Shown: positions 19,700-29,421, counted from the first letter of the stretch. The stretch is DNA of 64,000 nucleotides from Myxococcota bacterium (GCA_036012755.1 DASCPX010000179.1:32001-96000); one strand, 5' to 3'. Notes: a model not told the origin generated them from the letters alone. Numbers and translations are program-made.

Positions 19700-20395
19700 G
19701 TGATTCTCGCGCTGCTGATGACGAACACCGCCTTCGCGCTAGACCGCGACGACGACGGACTGCGGAACAAGCTCGACGCCTGTCCGAGGCTGGCCGAGGA
19801 CCTCGACGGCTGGGAGGACGAAGACGGCTGCCCAGAGCCGACCAACGTGCAGATCAAGGTCCGCGACACCGACGGCTACTTCTACACCAGCGCCCCCTGG
19901 GCGCTCGGAGAGGACATCGGACAGGCTGGCGATGAGCGCGACCTGGAAGCCGGGGAGCACACGTTCTGGGTCGAGGGCTACCCCTCCACCGTGGTGGTTC
20001 CAGAGGGCCCACCGGCCTCGATCTACCTGGAGATACCTGCCCCCAGAGGGGAGCTCGCCGTCCGGGCGGTCGACATCATGGGCAACCTTGTGGAGGCCGA
20101 CTTCATCGCGGACGGGCCGGGTCGCGTGGGAGCCCGCTGCAACCGCGACGTGCTCATCCGACCGGGCACCTGGCAGGTCCGGGTGACCGCGCCTGGATAC
20201 GACCCGATCCATGGCCGGGTCTGGGTGCGAGAGGACGACAAGATCACCGTCCTGGCACTGATGCGACCCACCACGCGGGATCGCGACGGGGACGGAGTCC
20301 CGGACGACATCGACTACTGCCCCGACCAGCAAGAGGACGTCGACGGCCACGAGGACACCGACGGCTGCCCCGACGGGGCCGACGTCGAGCTCTGA
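19700..20395 (+). CDS. Secreted protein with thrombospondin type-3-like Ca-binding repeats flanking a PEGA-like segment
   Basis: DRDDDG...DACP...EDLDGWEDEDGCP at the N-terminus; DRDGDGVPDDIDYCPDQQEDVDG..DGCPD at the C-terminus. Confidence 0.75.
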   Translation: MILALLMTNTAFALDRDDDGLRNKLDACPRLAEDLDGWEDEDGCPEPTNVQIKVRDTDGYFYTSAPWALGEDIGQAGDERDLEAGEHTFWVEGYPSTVVVPEGPPASIYLEIPAPRGELAVRAVDIMGNLVEADFIADGPGRVGARCNRDVLIRPGTWQVRVTAPGYDPIHGRVWVREDDKITVLALMRPTTRDRDGDGVPDDIDYCPDQQEDVDGHEDTDGCPDGADVEL

Positions 20396-20411
20396 GTCTC
20401 GCGGATCTGAG

Positions 20412-21184
20412 TCACCTGGCGGGGGGGCGCGACTGGCCGGAGCCGTTGTCTCCCCAGCACTCGATGGCGTCCGCGCTGTCGAGCCCGCAAGCATGTCCAC
20501 GTCCGACATCCAGCTCGACGAATGTGCCTTCGACAGCCCTGTTCAGCTCGCCCCAGCACGTGGCCGCGCCGGCCGAGTCCAGGGCGCAGGCAGAGTCCCC
20601 TCCGGCCGCCAGGTAGACGAAGTCAGAACCGGCGGGAACCGAGGTCACGACCGGCCCGCGCCCCCAACACGTGACCACACCGTCGCCCTGGAGGGCGCAG
20701 ACATGGTCGTCGCCCACGGCGAGATGGGTGAAGGAGCCCTCTGGAACCTCGGCCTCGAGGTCGAGTCCCGAATCGGCCCCGCCCAGGGACTCCCAACAGG
20801 CCAAGGTCCCGTCGGTGGCGACTCCGCACACCCGAGGAGCGTCCCCACCGCTACCTGCGTGAAGGTGCCGTCGGCAGCGCGGGCGTCTCCCCAGGCGCCC
20901 CAGCAGCTCATGGCGCCCGATGCCTCGAGACCACAGGCCATGCCATAGCCCGAGGCGACCTGGACGAGTTCGACATCGGGAACGTCGAGCTGACCCAATC
21001 CGTACCACCCCCAGCAAACCGTCGCAGGGCTGAGCGCGGCGCAGGAGTGCACGGCACCAGCCGAGATGCGCGGAGCGACCGCCGGAGCGGACTCCGACGT
21101 GTGTTCACTGTCGTCCTGAGCAGGTGGTTCGCCAGGTCCGGGGCCATCGGCCTAGCATGCCAGCAACAATGTCAGCGCGTTCAT
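20412..21184 (-). pseudogene. RCC1-like repeat lipoprotein with a premature TAG and a frameshift
   Basis: MNALTLLLAC then TAG at 21154-21152; repeats such as HVCALQGDGVVTCWG and HACGLDSADAIECWG; frame change near 20835. Confidence 0.75.
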
Positions 21185-21251
21185 CCAGACCCCCTATCGG
21201 GCGAGTTGTCAGTAGAGCCGGACGATACCAGCGATCCAGCGGGACAGCCGC

Positions 21252-22640
21252 CTAGGGCATCGCCTCCAAGAGCGCCGCGTAGTCGGACTCCCAGAGGGGC
21301 TCGATCTCCCATTCGTCCGAGTAGCCCTGCCACAGCCAGATACCGACGAAGGGGGCGTACTCGGTGGAGATCTCGACCAGGCTGGTGTTGTCCTCGACCG
21401 AGTAGCCGCCGTAGAAGGTGACCCCGTAGTTCGGCAGCTCGTCGTGGAAGGTGGAGAAGTAGCTCCGCGTCAGGCCGTGGGGGCCGCCGAAGTGGTTCAC
21501 GAAGGCGAGGTCCTCTTCGAAGAGCCCCAGCCGCCGGTCGCCGTAGGCCTTGCCGAGGACGCCGTCGGTGTTGTAGGGGCTGCGAATGCTGGAGTCCGCG
21601 GCGTAGGCCCAGATCCAGTTGTCCTCGCAGGCGGCGACCACGTCGTCGGTGCAGTCCTCGCCGTAGTGGTAGGCGAGCCAGTCGTAGTCGACGACGTTGT
21701 CCGCGGCGTAGTCCGCGATGACGAGGTAGTCGCCGGCGTTGTCGTGGAGGTACTGCGACATCGTCCAGATGGCCTCTGCGTCGCGATCCTTCGATGACCA
21801 GGGCACGCCCTCGTAGACAGCGTTGAGCGGCTCGTCCGAGATGTAGAAGCCGACCAGGTTCTGCAGCCGCGGATCCGTGGGATCCACCAGCAGGCCACCC
21901 TCCCCGAAGAGCACCGCCTCCAGGAACTCGAGGTCCGCCTCGGCGTCTTCGAGCGCGATCTCCAGGGTGTCTCCGTCCTCGCACCAGGTGAGCCCATCCC
22001 CGTCGAGGTGCTCGCCAGGAGACAGCACGGTGTCGGCGGCGTCGAGATCGCAGTAGTCGGGGAGCTCGTTGATGACCGACTGCACTCCCTTCTGGAAGGT
22101 GTGGACGTCGACGACGAGCTTCATGTTGCCGCCGGTGTACTCCTCCAGGAGCTCGAGCTGCTCCCAGACGTCCGTCGCGAAGGGCTTCGCCAACTCCGAG
22201 TGGCTGCCGCCGAGCACCATCGTGACGGCCTCGTCCCCACCCCAGTGACCCATCCACATGCGCTTCAGATCCCAGGGATCGTTGGGGAAGTACCACAACA
22301 GCGCGCCCGTGACGTTGGGTGTCTCCTCGTAGACGTCGAAGGCCACCTCCTCCGAGCGTCCCTCCGGCGTCTCGATCCAGAGGCTGTGGGTGCCGGCGAC
22401 GAGCGCGGTGTCCAGCACCGAGACCCCATCTACGACTGGGAACTCGCCCAGCTCGGCCCAGGTGACAGCGTCGACGTCGAGGTCGACCTCGGCCGTGATC
22501 AGCCCGGACTCGAAGGTGTGGAGCTTGTTGATGTGTCCGAAGCGGTCCAGGTCGAGGACCCGGAGCTCGGCCACGACGGGGAGCTCCTCGACCGGTGGAT
22601 TCTCGGGATCGACGGAGCCGGTGCAGGCGAGCAAGAGCAT
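21252..22640 (-). CDS. Hypothetical acidic lipoprotein, possible glycoside-hydrolase-like barrel
   Basis: MLLLAC signal; VGFYISDEP resembles a clan GH-A acid/base motif (weak). Confidence 0.65.
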   Translation of the reverse strand: MLLLACTGSVDPENPPVEELPVVAELRVLDLDRFGHINKLHTFESGLITAEVDLDVDAVTWAELGEFPVVDGVSVLDTALVAGTHSLWIETPEGRSEEVAFDVYEETPNVTGALLWYFPNDPWDLKRMWMGHWGGDEAVTMVLGGSHSELAKPFATDVWEQLELLEEYTGGNMKLVVDVHTFQKGVQSVINELPDYCDLDAADTVLSPGEHLDGDGLTWCEDGDTLEIALEDAEADLEFLEAVLFGEGGLLVDPTDPRLQNLVGFYISDEPLNAVYEGVPWSSKDRDAEAIWTMSQYLHDNAGDYLVIADYAADNVVDYDWLAYHYGEDCTDDVVAACEDNWIWAYAADSSIRSPYNTDGVLGKAYGDRRLGLFEEDLAFVNHFGGPHGLTRSYFSTFHDELPNYGVTFYGGYSVEDNTSLVEISTEYAPFVGIWLWQGYSDEWEIEPLWESDYAALLEAMP

Positions 22641-22668
22641 GAGAATTCCTAACGCAGGGACACCGTGG

Positions 22669-23853
22669 TCAGTCGGATTCCCCGCCCAGCACGCTCGAGA
22701 CGTGGTCGTGCAGCCTGCGGCCCCGCCTGTGCTTCGGGTTCAGGCTGATGAGCCTGCCGAGGATGGTCCAGGCGTCGAGGTGGTCGCCGCCGTCGTAGGC
22801 GATGCGCGCGAGCACGTAGAGAGCGTCACCCTTGCGGTCCACGCGGGAGATCTTCTCGGCGAGCTGGACGGCCTGCATCTTCCGGTCCGCCTCCGGCCTG
22901 GAGGCGTCCTTGTAGATCGCGTAGGCCATCCACGCGGCGTTCCGAGGCTGTCCCGGGAAGCGCTTGTTGGCCTTCGCGAAGCACTTGACCGCCTCGCCGT
23001 AGACCTCTGCCTTCAGGCGCCTCATGCCGGCGGCGTAGCCATCCTCTGCCGAGACGTCATCTGCTGGCCCGAGGGCCGATCCACCTCGAATCCCCTCCGC
23101 GGCGAACTCCAGCCGCTTGATGATTCGACGAGCCAGATCCTGGCCATCCCCAGCGAGCCGCGGATCGACGTCGAAGGCCTGGAAGTGGCCGATCTGACGG
23201 GCGATGGCGCTCTCGATGACCGCCTCGTCGTCCGAGGGGCGAAGCTCGAAGACGCTCCAGTCATCAGACGACTGCACCCTCGCCCAGGCATCTCGCAGCC
23301 GGCCGAGGTCCCCGGAGTCGACCGCGGGAGCCACGGCCCCCTGGAGCCGGAGCACACCCATCAACAACAGGGCGCAGATCTCGTCGAGGACCTCTCGACG
23401 GACCTCGCGCGGGATCTCCATCGTGGCGCGGAGCTGCATCTCCTCGCGCATGACCCGCTCCACGACCTTCTTCGTGGCGTAGCGGAGCGGTAGCTTGCCT
23501 CCCCATTGCCCGGCGGGGCCAGGGACGAGGCAGTCACGACTACGCCCCTTGAGGACACGGCGACTGGCGGCCTTTCGCGCCGCGAACCACAGCTCGTTGG
23601 CCAAGAACCCGGCGGTCTTCTCCAGCGGGACGTGAGCCTCGAGGTGCTCGGGCGGGTCGTCCTGGTAGAGGCCGTGGACGAGGGCCTGGAGATCCTCTCC
23701 GGTGGGCGGCTCGCCCTGGACGAGCCGCGCCTCGCCGCCCCGCCACCGCAGGAACCCGGTTCGCTCCTCCGCCCAGAAGCGGGCGAAGGTCTCCAGGACC
23801 GCCGGGACCGGTGCCCGGTCGGCGTGTTGGCAGATGGGCCGGGCGCGAGGCAT
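22669..23853 (-). CDS. Hypothetical protein: DUF4388-like N-terminus, degenerate J-like segment, TPR repeats
   Basis: ERTGFLRW..GEARLVQGEP; DDWSVFEL; C-terminal TPR-like helices ending LNPKH. Confidence 0.55.
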   Translation of the reverse strand: MPRARPICQHADRAPVPAVLETFARFWAEERTGFLRWRGGEARLVQGEPPTGEDLQALVHGLYQDDPPEHLEAHVPLEKTAGFLANELWFAARKAASRRVLKGRSRDCLVPGPAGQWGGKLPLRYATKKVVERVMREEMQLRATMEIPREVRREVLDEICALLLMGVLRLQGAVAPAVDSGDLGRLRDAWARVQSSDDWSVFELRPSDDEAVIESAIARQIGHFQAFDVDPRLAGDGQDLARRIIKRLEFAAEGIRGGSALGPADDVSAEDGYAAGMRRLKAEVYGEAVKCFAKANKRFPGQPRNAAWMAYAIYKDASRPEADRKMQAVQLAEKISRVDRKGDALYVLARIAYDGGDHLDAWTILGRLISLNPKHRRGRRLHDHVSSVLGGESD

Positions 23854-23875
23854 CGCCCTGACCCTACGCTGCGAA

Positions 23876-25531
23876 TCAGCCGCGGTGTCGGATGTCGCGA
23901 CCGGCGATCATGAAGACCGCCTGCTCGGCGAGGTTGGTGGCGTGGTCGCCCATCCGCTCCAGCGTGCGAGCGATGGCGGCAACGTGGATGCCTGGCTCGA
24001 CCACCTTCGGGTCCCGACGCATGGCCTCCAGCACCGCTCGGTCGAAGTGGTGGTAGAGCGCGTCGACCTCGTCGTCCCGGGCCAGGACGGCGCGAGCGCG
24101 GTCGACGTCCTCGCGCACGAAGGCGTCGATGGCGCCTCGGACCATGTCCTGGACGGTCGCGGCCATCTTCGGGATCGGATCGACCGGGCCGGGCCGCTCT
24201 GCCCCACCCAGCGCGAGGACGCGCTCGCTGACGTTCACCGCAAGGTCCGCGATGCGCTCCAGGTCCGTGACCATCTTCAGCGTCGCCGCCAGGAAACGAA
24301 GCTCGGTCGAGGGCCGCTCGGCGCCGAGCAGGGCCAGGCACAGCTGGTCGACCCGGAGTTCGTCCTCGTTGACGGCCTCGTCCGCCGAGATGGTCTCGCG
24401 AGCCAGCTCGAGATCGCGCTCGACGTAGGCCCGCGTGGCGCTCGCGATCATCTCCTCGACACGTCCGGCCATCAGCAGCAGGCTCTCGCGAATGGCCTCG
24501 ACGGTCTCTGGCGCCGCGAACGGGGCGCGGGCCGGGAACACGATCTCATCGCTCGCCTGCTCGACCGGGTGGCGTGTCTCGGCGACGGCATCAGAGGTCG
24601 CTGCGGGGAGCTCGACCCAGAACACCGAGCCCTGGGGTCGATTGGCCTCGACGCCGACACGTCCGCCCATCGTCAAGACCAGGTGGCGCACGATCGACAG
24701 GCCCAGACCGGTGCCCCCGAGCTCCCTGGAGCGCCCCGGGTCGACCCGGTAGAACCGCTCGAAGACACGCTGTCGGTGGTGGGGTTCGATGCCGGCTCCC
24801 TCGTCGCGGATCTCGATGCGGATGGAGCGGCCACGGGGCTCCGCGCGCAACGAGACGCCTCCGTCGGTGTACTTGCAGGCGTTGTCGACGAGGTTCACGA
24901 GGACCTGCTCCAGGGCGCGGTCGTCCGCAACCGCGATCCGACCCTCTGGCAGATCGACGTCCAGCCGCCCGTACTCGGTGCCCAGTCGGCGCCCGAGGTC
25001 GCGCAGGCTGACGGGCCGGAGATCCAGGGGATCGCGGCCCTCCTCGATGCGCGCCAGGTCGAGCAGGTCCACGACCAGGGCGTTGAGCCGATCGGCGTTC
25101 CGGGCGATGGCCTCGACGAAGGGCTGGGGCTGCTCCTCGAGGGCACCGTCGAGCAGGGCCTCGGCGTTGGCCCGAATGACAGCCACCGGCGTCCGCAGCT
25201 CGTGGGAGACATTGGCGACGAAGTCTCGGCGAACCGTCTCCAGCTGGCGAAGGCGGGTGTGGTCGCGGAGCACGAGCACCGTGCCGTCGGGCAGAGGGGT
25301 GGCGCGCAGGTACAGCGAGCGCCCGTCTGGCATGTCGAACTCTCCCTCCGAGTCGGGGAGCAGCGCGTGGGCGGCGGGGCTGCGAAGGACATCGACGAGC
25401 TTGTGACCGACCAGCGGGCCGACGAGGAGCTCGCCGGCGGCCTCGTTCGCGTGCACGATGCGGCCCTCTCCGTCCAAGGCGACGACCGCGTCCCCGAGGC
25501 TCTGGAGGATTCCATCGAAGCGCGCAGGCAT
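23876..25531 (-). CDS. PhoR-like PAS histidine kinase fused to a C-terminal PhoU domain
   Basis: PAS (DAVVALDGEGRIVHAN); H-box FVANVSHELRTP; NLVDNACKY; FYRVDPGRSRELGGTGLGL; PhoU DLERIADLAVN and LERMGDHATNLAE. Confidence 0.9.
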   Translation of the reverse strand: MPARFDGILQSLGDAVVALDGEGRIVHANEAAGELLVGPLVGHKLVDVLRSPAAHALLPDSEGEFDMPDGRSLYLRATPLPDGTVLVLRDHTRLRQLETVRRDFVANVSHELRTPVAVIRANAEALLDGALEEQPQPFVEAIARNADRLNALVVDLLDLARIEEGRDPLDLRPVSLRDLGRRLGTEYGRLDVDLPEGRIAVADDRALEQVLVNLVDNACKYTDGGVSLRAEPRGRSIRIEIRDEGAGIEPHHRQRVFERFYRVDPGRSRELGGTGLGLSIVRHLVLTMGGRVGVEANRPQGSVFWVELPAATSDAVAETRHPVEQASDEIVFPARAPFAAPETVEAIRESLLLMAGRVEEMIASATRAYVERDLELARETISADEAVNEDELRVDQLCLALLGAERPSTELRFLAATLKMVTDLERIADLAVNVSERVLALGGAERPGPVDPIPKMAATVQDMVRGAIDAFVREDVDRARAVLARDDEVDALYHHFDRAVLEAMRRDPKVVEPGIHVAAIARTLERMGDHATNLAEQAVFMIAGRDIRHRG

Positions 25532-25546
25532 GGAGACCGCTATCGC

Positions 25547-25594
25547 GTCAAGCTGTAGTCAAGCGTATACACTGCTCGTATACACACTGTATAG
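25547..25594. promoter_or_regulatory. Regulatory repeat cluster upstream of phoR-phoU: GTCAAGC x2 (11-nt period, Pho-box-like) and CGTATACAC x2
   Basis: GTCAAGC at 25547 and 25558; CGTATACAC at 25564 and 25577. Confidence 0.55.
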
Positions 25595-25607
25595 TCCGCC
25601 CGCGTCA

Positions 25608-25657
25608 CGGGTCGGCTTCGAAGAGGACCTCCGGACGGCCTCCTCGAAGCCGACTCG
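25608..25657 (-). terminator. Strong inverted repeat just downstream of the FG-GAP gene
   Basis: CGGGTCGGCTTCGAAGAGG ... CCTCCTCGAAGCCGACTCG; no U-tract. Confidence 0.55.
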
Positions 25658-25669
25658 TCACGCTGGCTC

Positions 25670-27466
25670 TCAGGGGCAGGGCCAGTCGAAGGACCGACTG
25701 TTGTCCTCTGGGCTGCAGTCGCCATAGACCTCGGCCGGGTCGACGGTGACCTGGAGCTCGTCCCCCCAGTCGCGCTTGGACAGCCACATCTCGTCGGTCC
25801 ACACGGCCTCGCCTGCTCCGAGCTCGGGGATGATCACCACCGTGGACCCGATGGCGACCTCGACGTCCACGACGTCCAGCAGGCCGCGGTTCTCGATGGA
25901 GAAGGCCACCAGCACCTCAGAGGCCTGGGCGTCGAGATCACAGGCCTCCAGGCACCACTCGAGGCCCCCGACCCGGAGATCGGGGAGCCAGTGGGCGGGG
26001 CCGAGCTCTGTGCCGCCGGCGCGGAAGCTGTTGTGGAGGGTCCAGTTCTCGACAGGATCGACCGGGATCAGCCCGTCGTTGGTGACGTTCGTGATGTGGT
26101 ACGCGAACTGGTTCCAGACGGGCCGCGCGGGGGCCCAGCTACCGCCGATGTCGCCGATGACCGTGATGCCGTTCCAGCCGCTGAAGGCGTAGTTGTTGGA
26201 GGCGACGATGATCTCGGTGGAGTCGTCGTTGTCGACGTCGGCGATGAGGGGGTACTCGTACAGGGTGCCGCTGGCGTGGCCTTCCTGGGCCATCTCGATG
26301 GCGCCGGTCGCCCCGTCGAAGATCCAGAGGGTGTGCTCGTCGGCGTAGACGACCTCTGCGTTGCCGTCGCCTTCGAAGTCGAAGACGCTGGAGCCGGTCA
26401 CCGACGAGGAGTAGTCGCTCACCGGGTTGGACCACAAGACCTCGCCGTTGGTGTCGAAGACCGTGTAGTAGGCGAGGCCAGCGACGCCGACCTCGGGCAG
26501 CCCGTCCCCGTCGAAGTCCGCCACGGTCGGGGCCCCACCGGTGCCGCCGCCGGGGATGGCGGTGGACCAGCCCCAGACCCCGTCGAGGCGGGTGACCGTG
26601 ACCAGGCTGCCACCGGCCCGGACGTGCTCGGGCATGCCGTCGCCGTCGAAGTCGGCCACCGCGGGGATGCCGTCGGTCCCGGTGTCGCTCCAGAGGATCG
26701 AGCCGTCGAGCTCGTAGATGGTGTTGCCGGCGACGACCTCGAGCAGGCCATCGTCGTCCATGTCGACCGCGAAGCTCATGTTTCGGCCCACTCCCCCGGC
26801 CCCAACTGCGAGCACCGTGCCGTCGAAGCCGATGATCGTGCGCCCGAAGACGACCTCTGAGAGCCCGTCGCCGTCGAGGTCGGCCATCGCGGGGCAGCCG
26901 ACGGAGTAGAGCTCTGTGCCGGCGGCCCACTTGAAGACGGGCTGCCCGCCGATGATCTCGAAGCAGACGACGCCAGCAGAGGTGCCAGCGACGCAGAGCT
27001 CTGGGATGCCGTCGGCCTCCAGATCGCCGATGGCGACGCCGCTGGCGCTGTAGATCCCGTGCCCCTCCGCCCCGGAGGTGGCGAAGTGCATGGCTCCGCC
27101 GTCACCGCTGATGGCGTTGAGCACCCCGGCGCTGGTGTAGGCGCCGCCGGAGAAGGTGGTGAAGACCACGTCGGGGATGTCGTCCTGGTCGACATCACCG
27201 TCACCGTCATCGTCCGTGAGATTGCCGATGGCGGGGGTGGACATGATGTCGTCCCAGCCGGGGCTCAGCGTGTTGGTGGTCCACTGCCACTCGATGACCG
27301 GGTCGAAGCTGCCTACCCCTGGCTCGTTCATGCAGGTGTCGTCGATGTCGACGGAGTAGTCCCCACGCTCGAGCGGATCCTCGCAGATGGGCACGTCCTC
27401 GCCCGGGGAGACATCCGCGGCGCTGGAGAGCTCGTAGTCGGAGCAGGCGAGACAGAGAAGGAGCAT
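25670..27466 (-). CDS. FG-GAP/VCBS repeat lipoprotein with CARDB-like C-terminus (paralogue 1)
   Basis: MLLLCLACSDYEL; repeated ADFDGDGxPE; SSVFDFEGDG.AEVVYADE; WNQFAYHITNV. Confidence 0.9.
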   Translation of the reverse strand: MLLLCLACSDYELSSAADVSPGEDVPICEDPLERGDYSVDIDDTCMNEPGVGSFDPVIEWQWTTNTLSPGWDDIMSTPAIGNLTDDDGDGDVDQDDIPDVVFTTFSGGAYTSAGVLNAISGDGGAMHFATSGAEGHGIYSASGVAIGDLEADGIPELCVAGTSAGVVCFEIIGGQPVFKWAAGTELYSVGCPAMADLDGDGLSEVVFGRTIIGFDGTVLAVGAGGVGRNMSFAVDMDDDGLLEVVAGNTIYELDGSILWSDTGTDGIPAVADFDGDGMPEHVRAGGSLVTVTRLDGVWGWSTAIPGGGTGGAPTVADFDGDGLPEVGVAGLAYYTVFDTNGEVLWSNPVSDYSSSVTGSSVFDFEGDGNAEVVYADEHTLWIFDGATGAIEMAQEGHASGTLYEYPLIADVDNDDSTEIIVASNNYAFSGWNGITVIGDIGGSWAPARPVWNQFAYHITNVTNDGLIPVDPVENWTLHNSFRAGGTELGPAHWLPDLRVGGLEWCLEACDLDAQASEVLVAFSIENRGLLDVVDVEVAIGSTVVIIPELGAGEAVWTDEMWLSKRDWGDELQVTVDPAEVYGDCSPEDNSRSFDWPCP

Positions 27467-27479
27467 GCCGGGAGAAGAT

Positions 27480-27495
27480 TGCAAAGCACGTGCCC
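27480..27495 (-). promoter_or_regulatory. Sigma54 (-24/-12) promoter of FG-GAP paralogue 1
   Basis: Minus strand GGGCACG-TGCT-TTGCA; the -12 C lies 15 nt upstream of ATG 27466. Confidence 0.75.
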
Positions 27496-27578
27496 GATTG
27501 CACGGGCTGTTTCGGCTCGAAACCGGGGCCGCCTTGTCCCAGGTGGGGTGTCCGGATCCCGGTGCTACCTTCACGCCC

Positions 27579-29210
27579 GTGCTCACTGTCCTCTTCGCCT
27601 GCACCGGCTCGGCCGTCGTCAGTACCTTCCTTGGCGAGGACTCCGAACCGCCCATCGTCGAGGACACGGCGCCTCCAGAACAGATCCCAGGCGCTGCCGC
27701 GAGCTCGCCCTGCTCCTCGCTCTACGACCCGGAGACGCTGGCCACCTTCGAGCTCGACATCGATCCGGAGATCTGGGAGGACATCGAGGACGACTACGCC
27801 AGCGGCCGCAAGGACTACCACCCGGCTGTCTTTCGCTACGGCGAGGACGTCATCGACGTGCAGGTCCGGCTCAAGGGCAACCCGAACTTCAGCTGGATCA
27901 GCGACAAGTTCCAGTTCGTGATCAGCTTCAACGAGGACGACCCGGAGGGCCGCTACGAGGGTGTTCGCAAGATCGCCCTGGACTCGAGCTGGTACGAGCC
28001 CACGCTGTTGCGCGACCGGCTGGCGTGGACGCTGTTGCGCGGGCTCGAGGACGTCCCCGCGGCCTGCGCGAACAACGCGAAGCTGGTGATCAACGGCGAG
28101 TACTACGGGCTCTACGCGAACATCGAGTACTTCGACCGCGAGTACCTCGAGCGCAACTTCGGCAAGTCCTACGCCGACGGCACCCTGTGGAAGTACGGCA
28201 TCGAGGCCAAGACCAACGAGGGTCAGTCGGACTCGACCATCGTGCGCCGCTTCGCCACCGCCTCCTCCGTCGAGGCGCTCGAGGACATCGGCGACGTCGC
28301 CCAGTGGCAGCGGGGCTGGGCGATCGAGGGAGTGCTCGGCAACGACGACGGCTACTGGTGCTGCCAGCACAACTTCTACCTCTACGAGCACCCGACCCGG
28401 GGGGTGCTCTTCGCGAACTGGGACCTCGACGACGCCTGGGACGTGACGCCCTACGATCTCGACCCCCGCGATGGCTACGGGCATGGCCTCTACAACGGCA
28501 ACGCCTGGCGACAGGTGATGAGCGACTCGGAGTCGGCGCCCCGCCACGTCGACGAGGTCGAGTACATCGCGGAGGCATACGACAGCGAGGAGCTCGTCGC
28601 CTTGGTCGAGGCATGGTCCGAGCAGAACCACGAGGCCTTCCGAGACGACCCCTCGCGCAGTGTCGGCTGGCAGGAGCACCTCGAGGCCGTCGAGCGATTC
28701 AAGGGCTACATCGTGCAACGCGACCACTACCTGGAGAGCTGGGTGCGCTGCGAGCGCGGCGAGGACGAGGACCTCGACGGCGACGGCTACGGGCCTTGCG
28801 AGGACAAGGACGACACCCGCGCCGACCTGAACCCCGGGGCCTCCGAGACCTGCAACGGCCTGGACGACGACGGCGACACGCTGATCGACGAGGGGGCCGG
28901 CTGCGACTCCTGCCTGCGCCGGGACTTCTTCACGCGGCAGCTGCTCTTCTGCGACGACGTCCGGGACTGGAACGCGGCGCTGGCCTACTGCGAAGGACAG
29001 GACGCGACCCTCTTTTCGCCCTCGACCACCGCGGACGTCTACCTGACCTACTTCTACACGTGGCCGAACTTCGACGACTGGTACGTCACCCAGGCTGGCG
29101 AGGACGGCCTCGGCACCTGCCCGGCGTGGAGCCCCAGCACCACGAACTGGGTGAACGACGACTGCGAAGAGGCCCACGCCTTCATCTGCAGCATCGACCA
29201 GGCGGGCTGA
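27579..29210 (+). CDS. CotH kinase family lipoprotein with a MopE-like metal-binding repeat and a C-type lectin-like C-terminus
   Basis: VRLKGN, YYGLYANIE, GNDDGY..HNFYLY, WDLD; DLDGDGY..C.D...NPGASETCNGLDDD; WVNDDC...AFIC. Confidence 0.85.
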   Translation: MLTVLFACTGSAVVSTFLGEDSEPPIVEDTAPPEQIPGAAASSPCSSLYDPETLATFELDIDPEIWEDIEDDYASGRKDYHPAVFRYGEDVIDVQVRLKGNPNFSWISDKFQFVISFNEDDPEGRYEGVRKIALDSSWYEPTLLRDRLAWTLLRGLEDVPAACANNAKLVINGEYYGLYANIEYFDREYLERNFGKSYADGTLWKYGIEAKTNEGQSDSTIVRRFATASSVEALEDIGDVAQWQRGWAIEGVLGNDDGYWCCQHNFYLYEHPTRGVLFANWDLDDAWDVTPYDLDPRDGYGHGLYNGNAWRQVMSDSESAPRHVDEVEYIAEAYDSEELVALVEAWSEQNHEAFRDDPSRSVGWQEHLEAVERFKGYIVQRDHYLESWVRCERGEDEDLDGDGYGPCEDKDDTRADLNPGASETCNGLDDDGDTLIDEGAGCDSCLRRDFFTRQLLFCDDVRDWNAALAYCEGQDATLFSPSTTADVYLTYFYTWPNFDDWYVTQAGEDGLGTCPAWSPSTTNWVNDDCEEAHAFICSIDQAG

Positions 29211-29293
29211 GACAGCGTGTCGGCGATGGCCGGCGACGTCGCGCTCGATTGACACCCTGTCCCGTTCCGGGGCCAGATCCGGCCCGGAGGGGC

Positions 29294-29308
29294 TGGCACG
29301 GGGCTTGC
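29294..29308 (+). promoter_or_regulatory. Sigma54 promoter with no obvious downstream sense-strand gene
   Basis: TGGCACG-GGGC-TTGC, an exact -24/-12 consensus. Confidence 0.65.
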
Positions 29309-29319
29309 GAAGGAAGATG

Positions 29320-29421
29320 AGCAGTGGCGCGACCCGCCGCCCCCCGAAAAAGCGATACGCATGGGCAGCCCTCTCACGTCTCCGAAACCGGGATGGGCAA
29401 AACGGAATGGGGCGGCGGGTC
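29320..29421 (+). ncRNA. Candidate structured small RNA
   Basis: Perfect 13-bp stem 29331-29343 / 29409-29421 and three ATGGG motifs, immediately after the sigma54 promoter. Confidence 0.35.

Noticed and set aside
25608..25657. Inverted repeat as a MITE or IS end
   Set aside because: I found no second copy, target-site duplication or transposase; its position fits a 3' hairpin
29340..29410. c-di-GMP-I riboswitch (GGCAAA / GAAA words)
   Set aside because: Order and pairing do not fit the GEMM consensus, and there is no downstream sense gene
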